Positions 41,631 to 51,543 of a DNA stretch of 64,000 nt are shown piece by piece (position 1 is the first letter of the stretch; each line of letters starts with the position of its first letter). The notes below the pieces were generated by a model. The model was not told the DNA's origin and did no database searches. It saw only the letters and a program-made list of their open reading frames with translations. The translations under genes and the position numbers were made by a program. Origin of the DNA: Spirochaetia bacterium (GTDB lineage: Bacteria; Spirochaetota; Spirochaetia; WTKD01; G963693115). The stretch covers positions 1,176,178-1,240,177 of the forward strand of contig OZ244590.1 in assembly GCA_965218205.1 (NCBI GenBank). Direction: 5' to 3'.

Positions 41631-42383
41631 TTGTCAATCACTATAGGAATACTAGCGTTACAGGGTAATTTCTCACAGCACGCAGAGTTATTATCATACA
41701 TAGAGAGTAATAAAAGCGTACTATTCAATCCATATAAAACACAATATCCTCAAGAGTACCAGTACCTTACAGAAAAAAATATACAAAGCCGTTTGATTAG
41801 CAAAAAACAAGATATAGCTGGTATAGATGGACTCATTCTCCCTGGAGGAGAAAGCAGTACCATAGCACGACTTATTCAAGAACAAAATATACAAAATGAC
41901 TTGTATTCTCTTATACAGTCACACATGCCTACATTAGGCACTTGTGCAGGATGCATTTTGCTATCAAAAACAGTGTTTACAAGAAATAGAAAGCACACAG
42001 AACAACACAGCAATAATGAAGATTTAGATAGTAAACATGATAGCAACAAGTATTTTCAAAGCCCGCTTGCTGTTTGCGATATAAGCATAGAAAGAAATTC
42101 ATACGGAAGACAGGCGTTTAGCTTCTTCGCTACTTCTATATGTGTAAATAATACACTAATTTCATTAGGAATTAGAAATATTGAAGGACTTTTTATTCGA
42201 GCTCCTCGTATTATAGCAACAGGAGCAGGAGATAACAGCAAAACACTGTTTATGCATAATAACGATCCCGTTATCGTACAACATGACAGTAAATTATTAT
42301 GTACCTTTCACCCTGAAGCAGTAAAATCTCCTGTACTCCATACACTCTTTTTATTGCAGTGTATACAAAAAAAGCTCTCCTAA
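41631..42383 (+). CDS. pdxT: Pyridoxal 5'-phosphate synthase glutaminase subunit
   Basis: N-terminus IGILALQGNFSQH. Catalytic Cys in LGTCAGCILL. Contains a ~45-aa insertion relative to canonical PdxT. Confidence 0.88.
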   Translation: MSITIGILALQGNFSQHAELLSYIESNKSVLFNPYKTQYPQEYQYLTEKNIQSRLISKKQDIAGIDGLILPGGESSTIARLIQEQNIQNDLYSLIQSHMPTLGTCAGCILLSKTVFTRNRKHTEQHSNNEDLDSKHDSNKYFQSPLAVCDISIERNSYGRQAFSFFATSICVNNTLISLGIRNIEGLFIRAPRIIATGAGDNSKTLFMHNNDPVIVQHDSKLLCTFHPEAVKSPVLHTLFLLQCIQKKLS

Positions 42384-42497
42384 CGCTTGTATCAATAGAA
42401 GGCTGAGCTTCCAAATTTTATATATATGATATTGAAATATCTTAGTCTATGTACTATACTGATGTAGGGATAACATTATGAAAAATACTTACATACT

Positions 42498-43082
42498 ATG
42501 AATATGATGGGTTTATGGAACACTTTAATACAGCAACTCAATGGCAGTGTGATAATTTTGGCAATACTGTTGATAGCAGTTCTTATCATTACTTTTAAGT
42601 CTGGCTCTTGGATATCATCTTTACAGGAATGGAAGAAAAATGTAGATAAGCATGATAAAAAAATAGATGATTTACAAAAAATGTCTGCAAAGATTGATAT
42701 CATTTACCAAAGAGTAATTCCAAATTTTCCCATAAAATCTCAAAGCCCTATTTCATTGACAGAAAGTGGACGTGAAATAATGAAAGAAATACATGCCGAA
42801 AAAATTTTTGAGCGAATACTTCCCACTATTCAAGATGAATTTAAGAAAGAATTTTCAGAAAAAAACGCTTACGATATACAAACAAGAGCAATGGCATACG
42901 CAGAAGAAAACATAGAAAGCAAACTCACTTCTGAAGAAATAATTAAAGTTAAAAACGCAGCTTTTACAAGAGGGCTAATGAAAGATGATATACTAGCTAT
43001 ATTTGGATTGCTACTAAGAGATAAAACCCTCGAAGATTTTAACATACCAGTATCTGATGTAGATAAACATGCTCCAGAATAA
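42498..43082 (+). CDS. Hypothetical membrane-anchored coiled-coil protein
   Basis: 194 aa. Single N-terminal TM (VIILAILLIAVLIITF). No recognised domain. Confidence 0.45.
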   Translation: MNMMGLWNTLIQQLNGSVIILAILLIAVLIITFKSGSWISSLQEWKKNVDKHDKKIDDLQKMSAKIDIIYQRVIPNFPIKSQSPISLTESGREIMKEIHAEKIFERILPTIQDEFKKEFSEKNAYDIQTRAMAYAEENIESKLTSEEIIKVKNAAFTRGLMKDDILAIFGLLLRDKTLEDFNIPVSDVDKHAPE

Positions 43083-43101
43083 TATATTAGAAATGCATAA
43101 T

Positions 43102-44295
43102 TTATTGTTGTCTTGCTGTAAGAAATTCTACAAAATTGATATACTGTGTTTTTGCATATGAAGCAAGATGCAACTCTGCAAGCTGTGCTGTAATACTCTT
43201 TTGTAAACGCATGAAATGTACATCTAAAAGTGCTTCAAACTCTATATCTGCAATAAAGTTACGAAACGATACCATTGCACCTTGTAATGACTGCCCTTCC
43301 TGTATTTTCTGTACTATTTGAACAAGCTCCCTTTCTCTTCCTTGTTTTTTTGCATGCTCAAACAAAAGAGAGCGTACAAATGTTTTTTTTCCTTGCTTAA
43401 TATCTGAGGCTTCTGTCTTTCCAGTAACACTAGCATCATATAATACCTCTATAGCATCGTCTTTGATTTGAAACAATGTGCCTGTCTGCATACCCAGTGC
43501 ATATAAGTTGTCTATTTCCTTTTGAATATCATAGGTATCATCAGCGGCTAATAAAAACCCCATTATCATGGGCAACGAAAAAGTATACACTCCTGTCTTC
43601 TTTGCATACATGTTTTGAATAGCATGTGTATCTGGCTCAATAGTACTTTCTCCCCATACTACATCGTCCATTTGAGCAACCCCTACCTCAGACACAATAG
43701 TAGTGTAATAGGACATTATCAATCGCATCATATTGCTTGGCACATGCTTTACTAACAGTTCCACTGCGTAAGAAAATAAAATATCTCCTAGACAAATAGT
43801 AAGCGACTCTCCTACTTTCCCTAGCACATTGTCTGTGGTATCATCAAAACCCTTGCTATTCTGTACAATATGTTTTGCTGTAATATGAAAACTTTTTTTT
43901 CCTCTTCGCAATATATCTTCATCTATAATATCATCATGCATAAGAAGAAATGCTTGTAAATACTCTACACTCAATGCCATATCTATCATATCATCAGAAA
44001 AATCAACAGAGATAGATGTATCTTTCATGTCAGCTACACTCCCATCTTTCTCTTGCTTTGAATACGAGCTAGCACCATAGTGTTCATATAATCTATACAT
44101 GTATAGCATAAGACTGCTTCGAAATAGCTTTCCTCCTAACATATACTGCGTGAGAGGTTCTTTTAGAGCATAGTGAAAGCTATGTTTTCCAACACTCCGT
44201 TCAAAGAGCATATGTATAGTTCTATGAATCCCCTTTTCAATCAAAGGACGGACATTTACAAGAAAATGAGAAAAATTATTGTTTACTGTATTCAT
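43102..44295 (-). CDS. Polyprenyl diphosphate synthase (trans-isoprenyl diphosphate synthase family)
   Basis: First Asp-rich motif LLMHDDIIDED. Second Asp-rich motif FQIKDDAIEV. 397 aa, longer than typical FPP/GGPP synthases. Confidence 0.8.
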   Translation of the reverse strand: MNTVNNNFSHFLVNVRPLIEKGIHRTIHMLFERSVGKHSFHYALKEPLTQYMLGGKLFRSSLMLYMYRLYEHYGASSYSKQEKDGSVADMKDTSISVDFSDDMIDMALSVEYLQAFLLMHDDIIDEDILRRGKKSFHITAKHIVQNSKGFDDTTDNVLGKVGESLTICLGDILFSYAVELLVKHVPSNMMRLIMSYYTTIVSEVGVAQMDDVVWGESTIEPDTHAIQNMYAKKTGVYTFSLPMIMGFLLAADDTYDIQKEIDNLYALGMQTGTLFQIKDDAIEVLYDASVTGKTEASDIKQGKKTFVRSLLFEHAKKQGRERELVQIVQKIQEGQSLQGAMVSFRNFIADIEFEALLDVHFMRLQKSITAQLAELHLASYAKTQYINFVEFLTARQQ

Positions 44296-44353
44296 ATTTC
44301 CTCTTACTTTTATATTCTTATTGTATACAAACTTCTATCACATACACCTACCA

Positions 44354-45229
44354 CTACTGTACTAATGTGAATCTCTGTTGTATCAATTTTTTCTTTACGG
44401 AGAAGCAATTCATTATTCCCTTAAAAAGAATATAATGCTTCTTTGGACGCACCTTTTTTTCATATACTAAAAATGGATTTTTATAGATTCTCTGTGCTAT
44501 GTAATGATATCCTTGTACAGCAGTAACAATAGGAATAAGCATACGCTTTGGTAAATAATGCAATCCTTTTTGTGCTTTTTGTAACCAAGCTGCATATATA
44601 TCCAAGTTTTTTCGAATAAATTGCTCAAACATATGAGGATGTGACATAGCTTCTTGCTTGCTTAAGTTTTGAAATGTATAATCTCCTATTGGAATATACT
44701 GCCTATTTTTACTATAATCTTCTCCTATATCACGAATAAAATTAACATACTGCATACAAGAACCAAGCAAAGCAGCATACTCTTTTGCTTCATCAGAAAT
44801 ATGGCAAATATGACACAAAGTAAGTCCAATAATATCAGCACTTCCATACATATATTTTTTACAGTCTTCCATAGTAGTGATAATATATATTTCCTGTAAA
44901 TCGGCTTCCATTGCACACCAAAAAGCATCGAAATACTCTATTGGTATAGACTCTTGTTCAATAAGCGTACATATTCTCTCTATAATCACTGGTGCTGATA
45001 TAGACACTCTTTTTACTCGATCATAAAATGCTTTTTTTAAAAAAAAGAACGCCTCAGCTTGTTTGGGTTGTAAATCAACAAAATTATCAACAATACGCAC
45101 AAAGCTATAAAAAATCATGACTTTATCGTATATTTCTTTAGAAAAAAAGAGTGACGACTTAGAATAAGTAGTACTTCCTTTTGAAAAAATAGCCTCAAAG
45201 ATATTTTTTTCTAATTTTTTCGTTCTCAT
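44354..45229 (-). CDS. Squalene/phytoene synthase family protein (CrtB/CrtM/HpnD-like)
   Basis: FYSFVRIVDNFVD (first substrate-binding motif, Asp partly replaced). YVNFIRDIGEDYSKNRQYIP matches the second conserved motif of the family. Confidence 0.75.
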   Translation of the reverse strand: MRTKKLEKNIFEAIFSKGSTTYSKSSLFFSKEIYDKVMIFYSFVRIVDNFVDLQPKQAEAFFFLKKAFYDRVKRVSISAPVIIERICTLIEQESIPIEYFDAFWCAMEADLQEIYIITTMEDCKKYMYGSADIIGLTLCHICHISDEAKEYAALLGSCMQYVNFIRDIGEDYSKNRQYIPIGDYTFQNLSKQEAMSHPHMFEQFIRKNLDIYAAWLQKAQKGLHYLPKRMLIPIVTAVQGYHYIAQRIYKNPFLVYEKKVRPKKHYILFKGIMNCFSVKKKLIQQRFTLVQ

Positions 45230-45323
45230 TTTTTATAGTATACTTATAACTTAATTTTTTATCAATTATTTTTCCCAAAATTTCAAAAAATTGTAAAATA
45301 TAACAAAAAAACATAAAAAAACC

Positions 45324-45352
45324 TTGACTTTTTTATTATTTATATATAATAT
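45324..45352 (+). promoter_or_regulatory. Sigma70-like promoter TTGACT-N15/17-TATAAT/TAATAT for ilvBH
   Basis: TTGACT at 45324-45329, TATAAT at 45345-45350, ATG at 45360. The ORF-track TTG start at 45324 is the -35 hexamer. Confidence 0.55.
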
Positions 45353-45359
45353 ATATGAT

Positions 45360-47072
45360 ATGAAAGAAAAAGAATATATTGTTGCAGAAGTAATGTTAGA
45401 TGTTTTGCAACAACTTGGTATTGATTATATCTTTGGTCTTCCTGGCGGAGCAGCCATACCAATTTTTGATGCCTTAGTGGATAGCCCTATAAAATTTATC
45501 CTTACTCGACATGAACAAGGGGCTGTACATATGGCTGATGGGTATGCACGAGCATCTGGAAAACCAGCGGTTGTACTGGTAACTTCAGGCCCTGGAGCTA
45601 CTAATACTATAACAGGCCTGCTTACTGCTCTTATGGATTCAGTGCCAACTATCGTTATCTGTGGACAACAAATACGTAGTAATTTAGGACTCGATGCGTT
45701 TCAAGAAGCAGATGTTATGGGCATTACCTATGCAGTAGTAAAGCATTCCTATATGCTAAAAGAACCAAATGATACAGTACGCATTATGAAAGAAGCATTC
45801 CATATTGCTACTGAAGGAAGACCTGGTCCTGTACTTATTGATATACCAAAAGATGTTGCTTCCTCTACTATTGTGCCAAATTTTGAAACGGAAATTGAGT
45901 TGCCTGGCATTCGTCCAGTACCTGAACCTACAACAGAAACTATAGAATATGCAGCTGAGTTACTACAGCAATCTTCACGCCCCTTGATATTAGCAGGACA
46001 TGGTGCTGTACTTTCTCATGCACAAAAACCTCTTATCCACCTTGCAGAAAAAATGCAAGTTCCAGTTACCTCCACCCTTCTAGGAAAAGGGGCTTTTCCA
46101 GAATCACATCCGCTTAGTTTAGGCATGCTAGGAATGCATGGCACCGCATACGCTAATCTTGCAGTATCGCAGTGTGATCTTATTATGTCTGTAGGTTCAC
46201 GATGGGATGATAGAATTACAGGAAAAACAAGTGAGTTTTGTAAAACAGCGCGAAAAATCCACATTGATGTTGATGCTTCTGAGTTCAATAAAATTTTACA
46301 GATGGACTGCATAATACAAGCAGATGCTAATACAGCAGTAGAACGCATAGCAAGCATAGCTCAAAAGAAAAATAATACTATGTGGCTTAATCTAATCAAA
46401 AAGTGGAAAAAGAAATACCCTATGAATTACCGAAAAACAGGAAGCCTAAAAGCAACTCATATCATAGAGGAAGTGTATAAGCAAAGTGCAGGAAAAGCTA
46501 TTGTTTCCACCGATGTAGGTCAACATCAAATGTGGGCAGCCCAATATTATCTCGTAGATGAGGGATACCAATGGCTTAGCTCTGGAGGAGCTGGCACTAT
46601 GGGATACGGACTTCCTGCAGCTATTGGAGCACAGTTTGCTTATCCAGACAAGTCTGTATTTGCCTTTGTAGGTGATGGGGGCTTTCAAATGACATTATAT
46701 GAACTCTCTACCATTACGGTACACAAACTCCCTGTCAAAATCTTTATTCTCAATAACAATTACTTAGGTATGGTACGTCAATGGCAAAGTTTATTTTATG
46801 AAAATAGATTAAGTGGTGTAGATATGGAAGGAAACCCTCACTTTGCAAAACTAGGAGCAAGTTATGGCATAAAATCATTTCGTATTCGGCACAGTGCACA
46901 TGTAAAGCGAACTATCAAAGAAGTATTAGCATATCCCGGACCTTGCTTAGTAGAAGCAATAGTACAAAAAGAAGAAAATGTTTTTCCTATGATACCAGCG
47001 GGAGCCACTTATGAACAAATGCTTATAACTCAACCAAAAGAAAAATTAGAAAAACCAGTAGGGAGTACATAA
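45360..47072 (+). CDS. ilvB: Acetolactate synthase (acetohydroxyacid synthase) large subunit
   Basis: [39 protein letters not shown] is the TPP-enzyme N-terminus. C-terminal TPP motif [20 protein letters not shown]. Confidence 0.92.
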   Translation: MKEKEYIVAEVMLDVLQQLGIDYIFGLPGGAAIPIFDALVDSPIKFILTRHEQGAVHMADGYARASGKPAVVLVTSGPGATNTITGLLTALMDSVPTIVICGQQIRSNLGLDAFQEADVMGITYAVVKHSYMLKEPNDTVRIMKEAFHIATEGRPGPVLIDIPKDVASSTIVPNFETEIELPGIRPVPEPTTETIEYAAELLQQSSRPLILAGHGAVLSHAQKPLIHLAEKMQVPVTSTLLGKGAFPESHPLSLGMLGMHGTAYANLAVSQCDLIMSVGSRWDDRITGKTSEFCKTARKIHIDVDASEFNKILQMDCIIQADANTAVERIASIAQKKNNTMWLNLIKKWKKKYPMNYRKTGSLKATHIIEEVYKQSAGKAIVSTDVGQHQMWAAQYYLVDEGYQWLSSGGAGTMGYGLPAAIGAQFAYPDKSVFAFVGDGGFQMTLYELSTITVHKLPVKIFILNNNYLGMVRQWQSLFYENRLSGVDMEGNPHFAKLGASYGIKSFRIRHSAHVKRTIKEVLAYPGPCLVEAIVQKEENVFPMIPAGATYEQMLITQPKEKLEKPVGST

Positions 47073-47076
47073 TTTA

Positions 47077-47580
47077 ATGGATAAACAACAAGAAAGAAGA
47101 ATTATTACTGTTTTAGTATCGAATAAACCTGGAGTGCTTATTCGTATAGCACTTGTATTTTCACGAAGAGGGTATAACATACATGGGTTAGTAACTCATC
47201 CTACCCATGATCCTACAAAATCAGTTATCACTATTACTGCAAAAGGAAAAAAAGAAGTGATGAACCAAATTCTCAAACAGCTTAACAAACTCATTGATGT
47301 TATTCATGCTTCTGATAGAACATATGACAATACTGTAAAGCAAGAACTTGCACTCATAAAAATCAACTTCAATGAAAACACAAGAAAGGATATACTGCTT
47401 ATCGCACAATCATTTAAGTGCGAAATTGTGGATATATCACATGAATCTATCACTCTCAGTTTCTCAGGAACAGAATTAGAACTTGATCCACTTGAAAATT
47501 TACTTGCTTCATTTGGTATCATTGAAATTATACGTACAGGGTCTATCGTAATGATACGAGGAAATACTTTAACAACATAA
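47077..47580 (+). CDS. ilvH: Acetolactate synthase small (regulatory) subunit
   Basis: ACT domain RIITVLVSNKPGVLIRIALVFSRRGYNI. 167 aa. Immediately downstream of ilvB. Confidence 0.9.
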   Translation: MDKQQERRIITVLVSNKPGVLIRIALVFSRRGYNIHGLVTHPTHDPTKSVITITAKGKKEVMNQILKQLNKLIDVIHASDRTYDNTVKQELALIKINFNENTRKDILLIAQSFKCEIVDISHESITLSFSGTELELDPLENLLASFGIIEIIRTGSIVMIRGNTLTT

Positions 47581-47624
47581 GCCTCCCTCTCTAAACTCTA
47601 AAGCTTAGCTAGAGTTACAAGACA

Positions 47625-47658
47625 TAAAAAAGAGCAACAGGACTGTTGCTCTTTTTTA
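47625..47658. terminator. Bidirectional rho-independent terminator between the convergent ilvH and TonB-dependent receptor genes
   Basis: aaaaaa gagcaacag gac tgttgctc tttttt. Confidence 0.75.
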
Positions 47659-47674
47659 TGCACTCTCTCTCAAT

Positions 47675-50158
47675 TTATAGCTTAAATGTTAAGTATAGTG
47701 AAAATTCAAGATATTTCGTAAAACTATTAGCATCAATGTTATATGTATATTCTCTTCCATCAATATCTTTATCTGATGCTCCTTCTGTCTTATCATCTTT
47801 TATATCTCTCTTAAATGTTAAGAAAGCAAGCAAATTACCTAAGGCAAAACGATAGTTAAAGGTGAGAAATTTATTATCCACAAACACCCCTGTAAAAGAA
47901 GGCACTAAGGTCATCACGGGAATGTACTCTCTTGCTGAATTAATTTCTCTTTCTTGCCTGATGAGATTTCCTTTATCATCTTTTACTACTTCGTTAGGAG
48001 TAAATGGTTTGTCTATTGCAAAAGAACTAGACAGTGCAAAAGTAAACACTTCATGGGGGCTTACTGAGTATTTCATTCCAATAGTATGACGTGTATCATC
48101 ATTAGATGGTAACCACTCATTGTCTTTTGTATAGAAATAAGAAAATCCTAGTGTATAGGAAAGCTCAAATGTTTGAATATTTTTACTATACTTCCAACGA
48201 GTGGTTGCTCCAGTACCATAGCCATAATTTACAGGCTTATATGCGTAGTTTCGAGTAGCATCTGTATCTCTATATCTAAACTGACTAAATATTCCATGAA
48301 AATTATAGTACCAGCCAAAATACGGAGTAAGCGATAACTGATGATTTCCAAGTTCAATAAGGTATTTTGTAGAGGCCATAATGCCATAATTAGGATCTGT
48401 ATACGATGTTTTGCTGTCTGTATACTCTACTGTTTTTTCTAACACCTTTCTGTCTATGTACTGCAATTTTTCTAAAAAAGCAGGACTCCATCCTAATGAA
48501 AAAGAAATAGTGTGTATATCAGAAAAAGTGGTAGCATACTCACTTCGAAGCGAAGGATACAAAGAGCTAGCTGATTGAGCAACCCATGATACGCCTGGAC
48601 TTATAGAAAATTTAACATCTCCCCTATCAAAATAATCTTCATAGTCATATTGACCGTATAGATATAATCGTAAATAATCTTCGTTTATTGTAATGTTTTT
48701 ATCTTGATTTTCTTTATTTGTAGGACTACTTACATTAGCATATGTATAAGTATCTCCATAGCTAGCATCTAGGACAGAATACTCAACACTAGAGCCTGCA
48801 CTCACTATATGCTTATCAGTTAATGCCCATGAAAAAGAATCATTCAACGCAGAGTACCATACTTTTGATGTTCCATCATAATCGTAGCCAATAGTTCCCT
48901 TCGTCTCTCCTCTTTCTTTTAAGCGTTTTATAGCATCATCTGAGAGTTTTTTTAATGTATATTGCGAATTTAATGAGACTACAGAATAGTATGAAATAAT
49001 ATCTATAACATGTAAACCTCTATCTGCAACTACTTTTCGCCATTGCACTCCTCCTCCAAAAAAGTAGGGAAAATCTTGCTTTTCTCCTTCAAACGGATTG
49101 TCTTGCGAAGTATTTTTTACATCCAGCTGTACTATATCATAGTAGGCAAGCCCCAGTACTTTTACTACATCATTTTGATTTTTATAGGTAAAAGACAAGA
49201 AATAATCCCCATATGTATACCAATCAACATTTATGTCACTATCATCAGTAGCTAACACTTCAATAAGTGGAATTAGAGTATACCTCTCAATAGATTGCCG
49301 TGCTATCGCAAATAATGTTGCATTCTTTCCTATTGTCTGCCTATACCCAATATAAGGGGCAGTGGCACTCAACCCTAACATGAGACGATTATTCTGTACA
49401 TCCTTAGGATATGCAATTACTGTTCCTCCAAGTGATTGTCCATACCTTCCAGGAGGAGGTCCCTTGATGGTCTTAATAGATCCCACCGTTTCCTTAGAGA
49501 TAATAGGCTGGCTACTATTAGAATAATGTGCATTAGTCGGAACAGGCAAAAAATCAACATAGTTCTGATTCCATGCACTGTCTCCTCCAAACACAGAATA
49601 ACTTGTTCCTAATGTAAAAAATGAATTTGTACCAGGCTCTAGGATTCTCGCCATAGAAGCATTTCCTATATCATCTTGCATCACTCCTGCTTCAGAGGTA
49701 ATAATACTAAAAGGGTCACCTCGTTCAAGGGAGGCATTTTCTACCTCAGATTCCCCGTATTCTGTAATGTTTGGCTCTTGTTGTATATCTCTGTCTGCAG
49801 TAACTATTATCTCCTCTTCTACTAACTCAGCCTGTGAAGATTGCTCCACTACAATCTCAAATACTGTTGGATTAGCACTGGTATCTTGTCCTGCATTAAC
49901 ACTAAAAGAAAAATCAGCTTCATCAGCAGCAAGAGTGATAACTTTAAGCGTATATTCACCTGGCTCTACATCAAAAAAAGCAAAATTACCCTCTTCATCA
50001 CTTAGTTCAATGATGTCTAACTCAACGAGTATGACTGTTGCCTCAACAACAGGTTCATCATTTTGTATAATACTCCCATAATAATCTTCAGAAAATACAG
50101 TAATGCTTCCTACTATTAATAAGAAACATACAAACATGCTTAATTTCTTATATACCAT
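47675..50158 (-). CDS. TonB-dependent outer-membrane receptor with N-terminal carboxypeptidase-regulatory-like domain
   Basis: 827 aa. Signal peptide. The beta-sandwich-like N-terminal domain (VEATVILVELDIIELSDEEGNFAFFDVEPGEYTLKV) is followed by a TonB-box/plug start EEEIIVTADRD. Long Tyr/Gly-rich beta-barrel region. Divergent from the exbB-exbD-tonB cluster. Confidence 0.65.
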   Translation of the reverse strand: MVYKKLSMFVCFLLIVGSITVFSEDYYGSIIQNDEPVVEATVILVELDIIELSDEEGNFAFFDVEPGEYTLKVITLAADEADFSFSVNAGQDTSANPTVFEIVVEQSSQAELVEEEIIVTADRDIQQEPNITEYGESEVENASLERGDPFSIITSEAGVMQDDIGNASMARILEPGTNSFFTLGTSYSVFGGDSAWNQNYVDFLPVPTNAHYSNSSQPIISKETVGSIKTIKGPPPGRYGQSLGGTVIAYPKDVQNNRLMLGLSATAPYIGYRQTIGKNATLFAIARQSIERYTLIPLIEVLATDDSDINVDWYTYGDYFLSFTYKNQNDVVKVLGLAYYDIVQLDVKNTSQDNPFEGEKQDFPYFFGGGVQWRKVVADRGLHVIDIISYYSVVSLNSQYTLKKLSDDAIKRLKERGETKGTIGYDYDGTSKVWYSALNDSFSWALTDKHIVSAGSSVEYSVLDASYGDTYTYANVSSPTNKENQDKNITINEDYLRLYLYGQYDYEDYFDRGDVKFSISPGVSWVAQSASSLYPSLRSEYATTFSDIHTISFSLGWSPAFLEKLQYIDRKVLEKTVEYTDSKTSYTDPNYGIMASTKYLIELGNHQLSLTPYFGWYYNFHGIFSQFRYRDTDATRNYAYKPVNYGYGTGATTRWKYSKNIQTFELSYTLGFSYFYTKDNEWLPSNDDTRHTIGMKYSVSPHEVFTFALSSSFAIDKPFTPNEVVKDDKGNLIRQEREINSAREYIPVMTLVPSFTGVFVDNKFLTFNYRFALGNLLAFLTFKRDIKDDKTEGASDKDIDGREYTYNIDANSFTKYLEFSLYLTFKL

Positions 50159-50283
50159 TATATTCCTCCTAGTATATTATTTTTTTTTATAGATATTTCT
50201 ATTAAGAACTATTTTTATAACAAATATTTACAATTATAACATAAAAAATAAATAGTATGTGTGTGTTTTGACTAAAATTTTAG

Positions 50284-50299
50284 AAAAAAAAAAAAAAAA
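50284..50299. repeat. Homopolymeric A16 tract in the divergent intergenic/promoter region
   Basis: Counted directly: tag + 16 a + tagcct. Confidence 0.85.
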
Positions 50300-50349
50300 T
50301 AGCCTGTATTACTGTGCATAAAATGTAATTTTTCTTATATAGTTACTAT

Positions 50350-50444
50350 AAAAAACTAATTACTATACCATTTTAGTAAAATATGCCTTTCACTTGACAC
50401 ATAAAGTACGCTTTTACTGATAACTATACAATAGTACGAGAATA
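50350..50444. repeat. Direct repeat A (~95 bp) upstream of the IS remnant. A duplicate of the exbB promoter region with an 11-bp insertion
   Basis: Matches 51402-51486 except for an extra ataaagtacgc (50401-50411) placed between the TTGACA and the downstream -10-like hexamer. Confidence 0.85.
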
Positions 50445-50463
50445 CAAAGAGAAGCCGAAAGCT

Positions 50464-51373
50464 ATGCTCTATGATAGGCGTCCTGCTTCAGTAGAACATC
50501 CTAATACCATGATACCTTACTATCAGTTAAAACTCAAAGAGATATGCGAAACATTACAGCACTATCATCAACGATGTATTGCCTCTCATATACAACGAGA
50601 GTATGCCATTCCTTATTCCATAAAGACTATCATTAAGCATCTGAGAAAGATGGGGTTTTTTAAGACACATAAAAAGCGAAAAGCAGAAAAGAAACAAGAG
50701 GCTCGCCTATGGAAACAACTGCTGCAGTTTTGTCAAAAAATACAAGTAGATATTAAATATCTTACCGATATCCCTGAATTATACTTCTCATTACGCAAGT
50801 TTTGCCTCCCAAAGTATCAAATTACCGCACGCGATGTCGCAACAGGGGCTTTATGGATATGCTTTGCTACTCAAAAAAGCTCTTCTCATACCGCTTTGTT
50901 TATTGAATATCTGCTTACTCATCTTGCTTCTTTTCACGTTGATACTTCCTCTATTACTATTCAAACTGTTGATAATGGCTCTGAGTTTATCTCAGGGGCT
51001 TTTAGTACTAAACAGTCTGCTTTTGTTGCTTCTCTTGCAGCATACGAGGCACACCATACTACTATCCCATATGCTTCTCCTACTTACAATTCTGATGTCG
51101 AGGCTTCTCATAAACTTATTGAAACTGAATGCTATGCAAAAATGCAGAATCCCTACTCTCAGTACTTTTTTACTCAAAAGTGCTGAGTATCAATATAGCT
51201 TTAATCATCAACGCCATAACTCTTATAAACACGGCTCTCCTGCTTTGTTGCTCAAAGAAAAAAGTCCTTCTCTGGATCCTTGTGTACTTACTCTGCGACC
51301 TCTTATTGTTGATACTTTCCTTACTAAACGAACATTACACACTTGGCATAATAGAAATTTTGCAGTATACTGA
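50464..51373 (+). pseudogene. IS481-family (rve/DDE integrase-core) transposase remnant. N-terminally truncated and frameshifted
   Basis: Frame 1 (50464..51186) carries catalytic D (QVDIKYLTD), D (TVDNGSEF) and E (PTYNSDVEASHKLIETE). The C-terminal hallmark ...FNHQRHNSYKHGSPALL (YNxxRPHxxL-like) lies in another frame (ORF 50834..51373). The HTH N-terminal ~100 aa is absent. Confidence 0.75.
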
Positions 51374-51401
51374 TTTTATCAAAAGGGTTCACACGAAACG
51401 G

Positions 51402-51486
51402 TTAAAACTCCAAAAAACTAATTACTATACCATTTTAGTAAAATATGCCTTTCACTTGACACTTTTTACTGATAACTATACAATAG
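51402..51486. repeat. Direct repeat B (~85 bp). The native exbB promoter region
   Basis: See repeat A. Confidence 0.85.
51446..51474 (+). promoter_or_regulatory. Sigma70-like promoter TTGACA-N17-TACAAT for exbB-exbD-exbD-tonB
   Basis: TTGACA at 51446-51451. TACAAT at 51469-51474. exbB ATG at 51544 with SD aggag. Confidence 0.55.
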
Positions 51487-51543
51487 TACGAGAATAGACT
51501 TATATTTTTTATTATACATTATCAATAATAATTAGGAGTAGTT

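Noticed and set aside
50834-51373. 179-aa ORF downstream of the transposase-like ORF
   Set aside because: It carries the C-terminal YNxxRPH-like motif of the same IS481-type transposase in a shifted frame. It is part of the pseudogene, not a separate gene.
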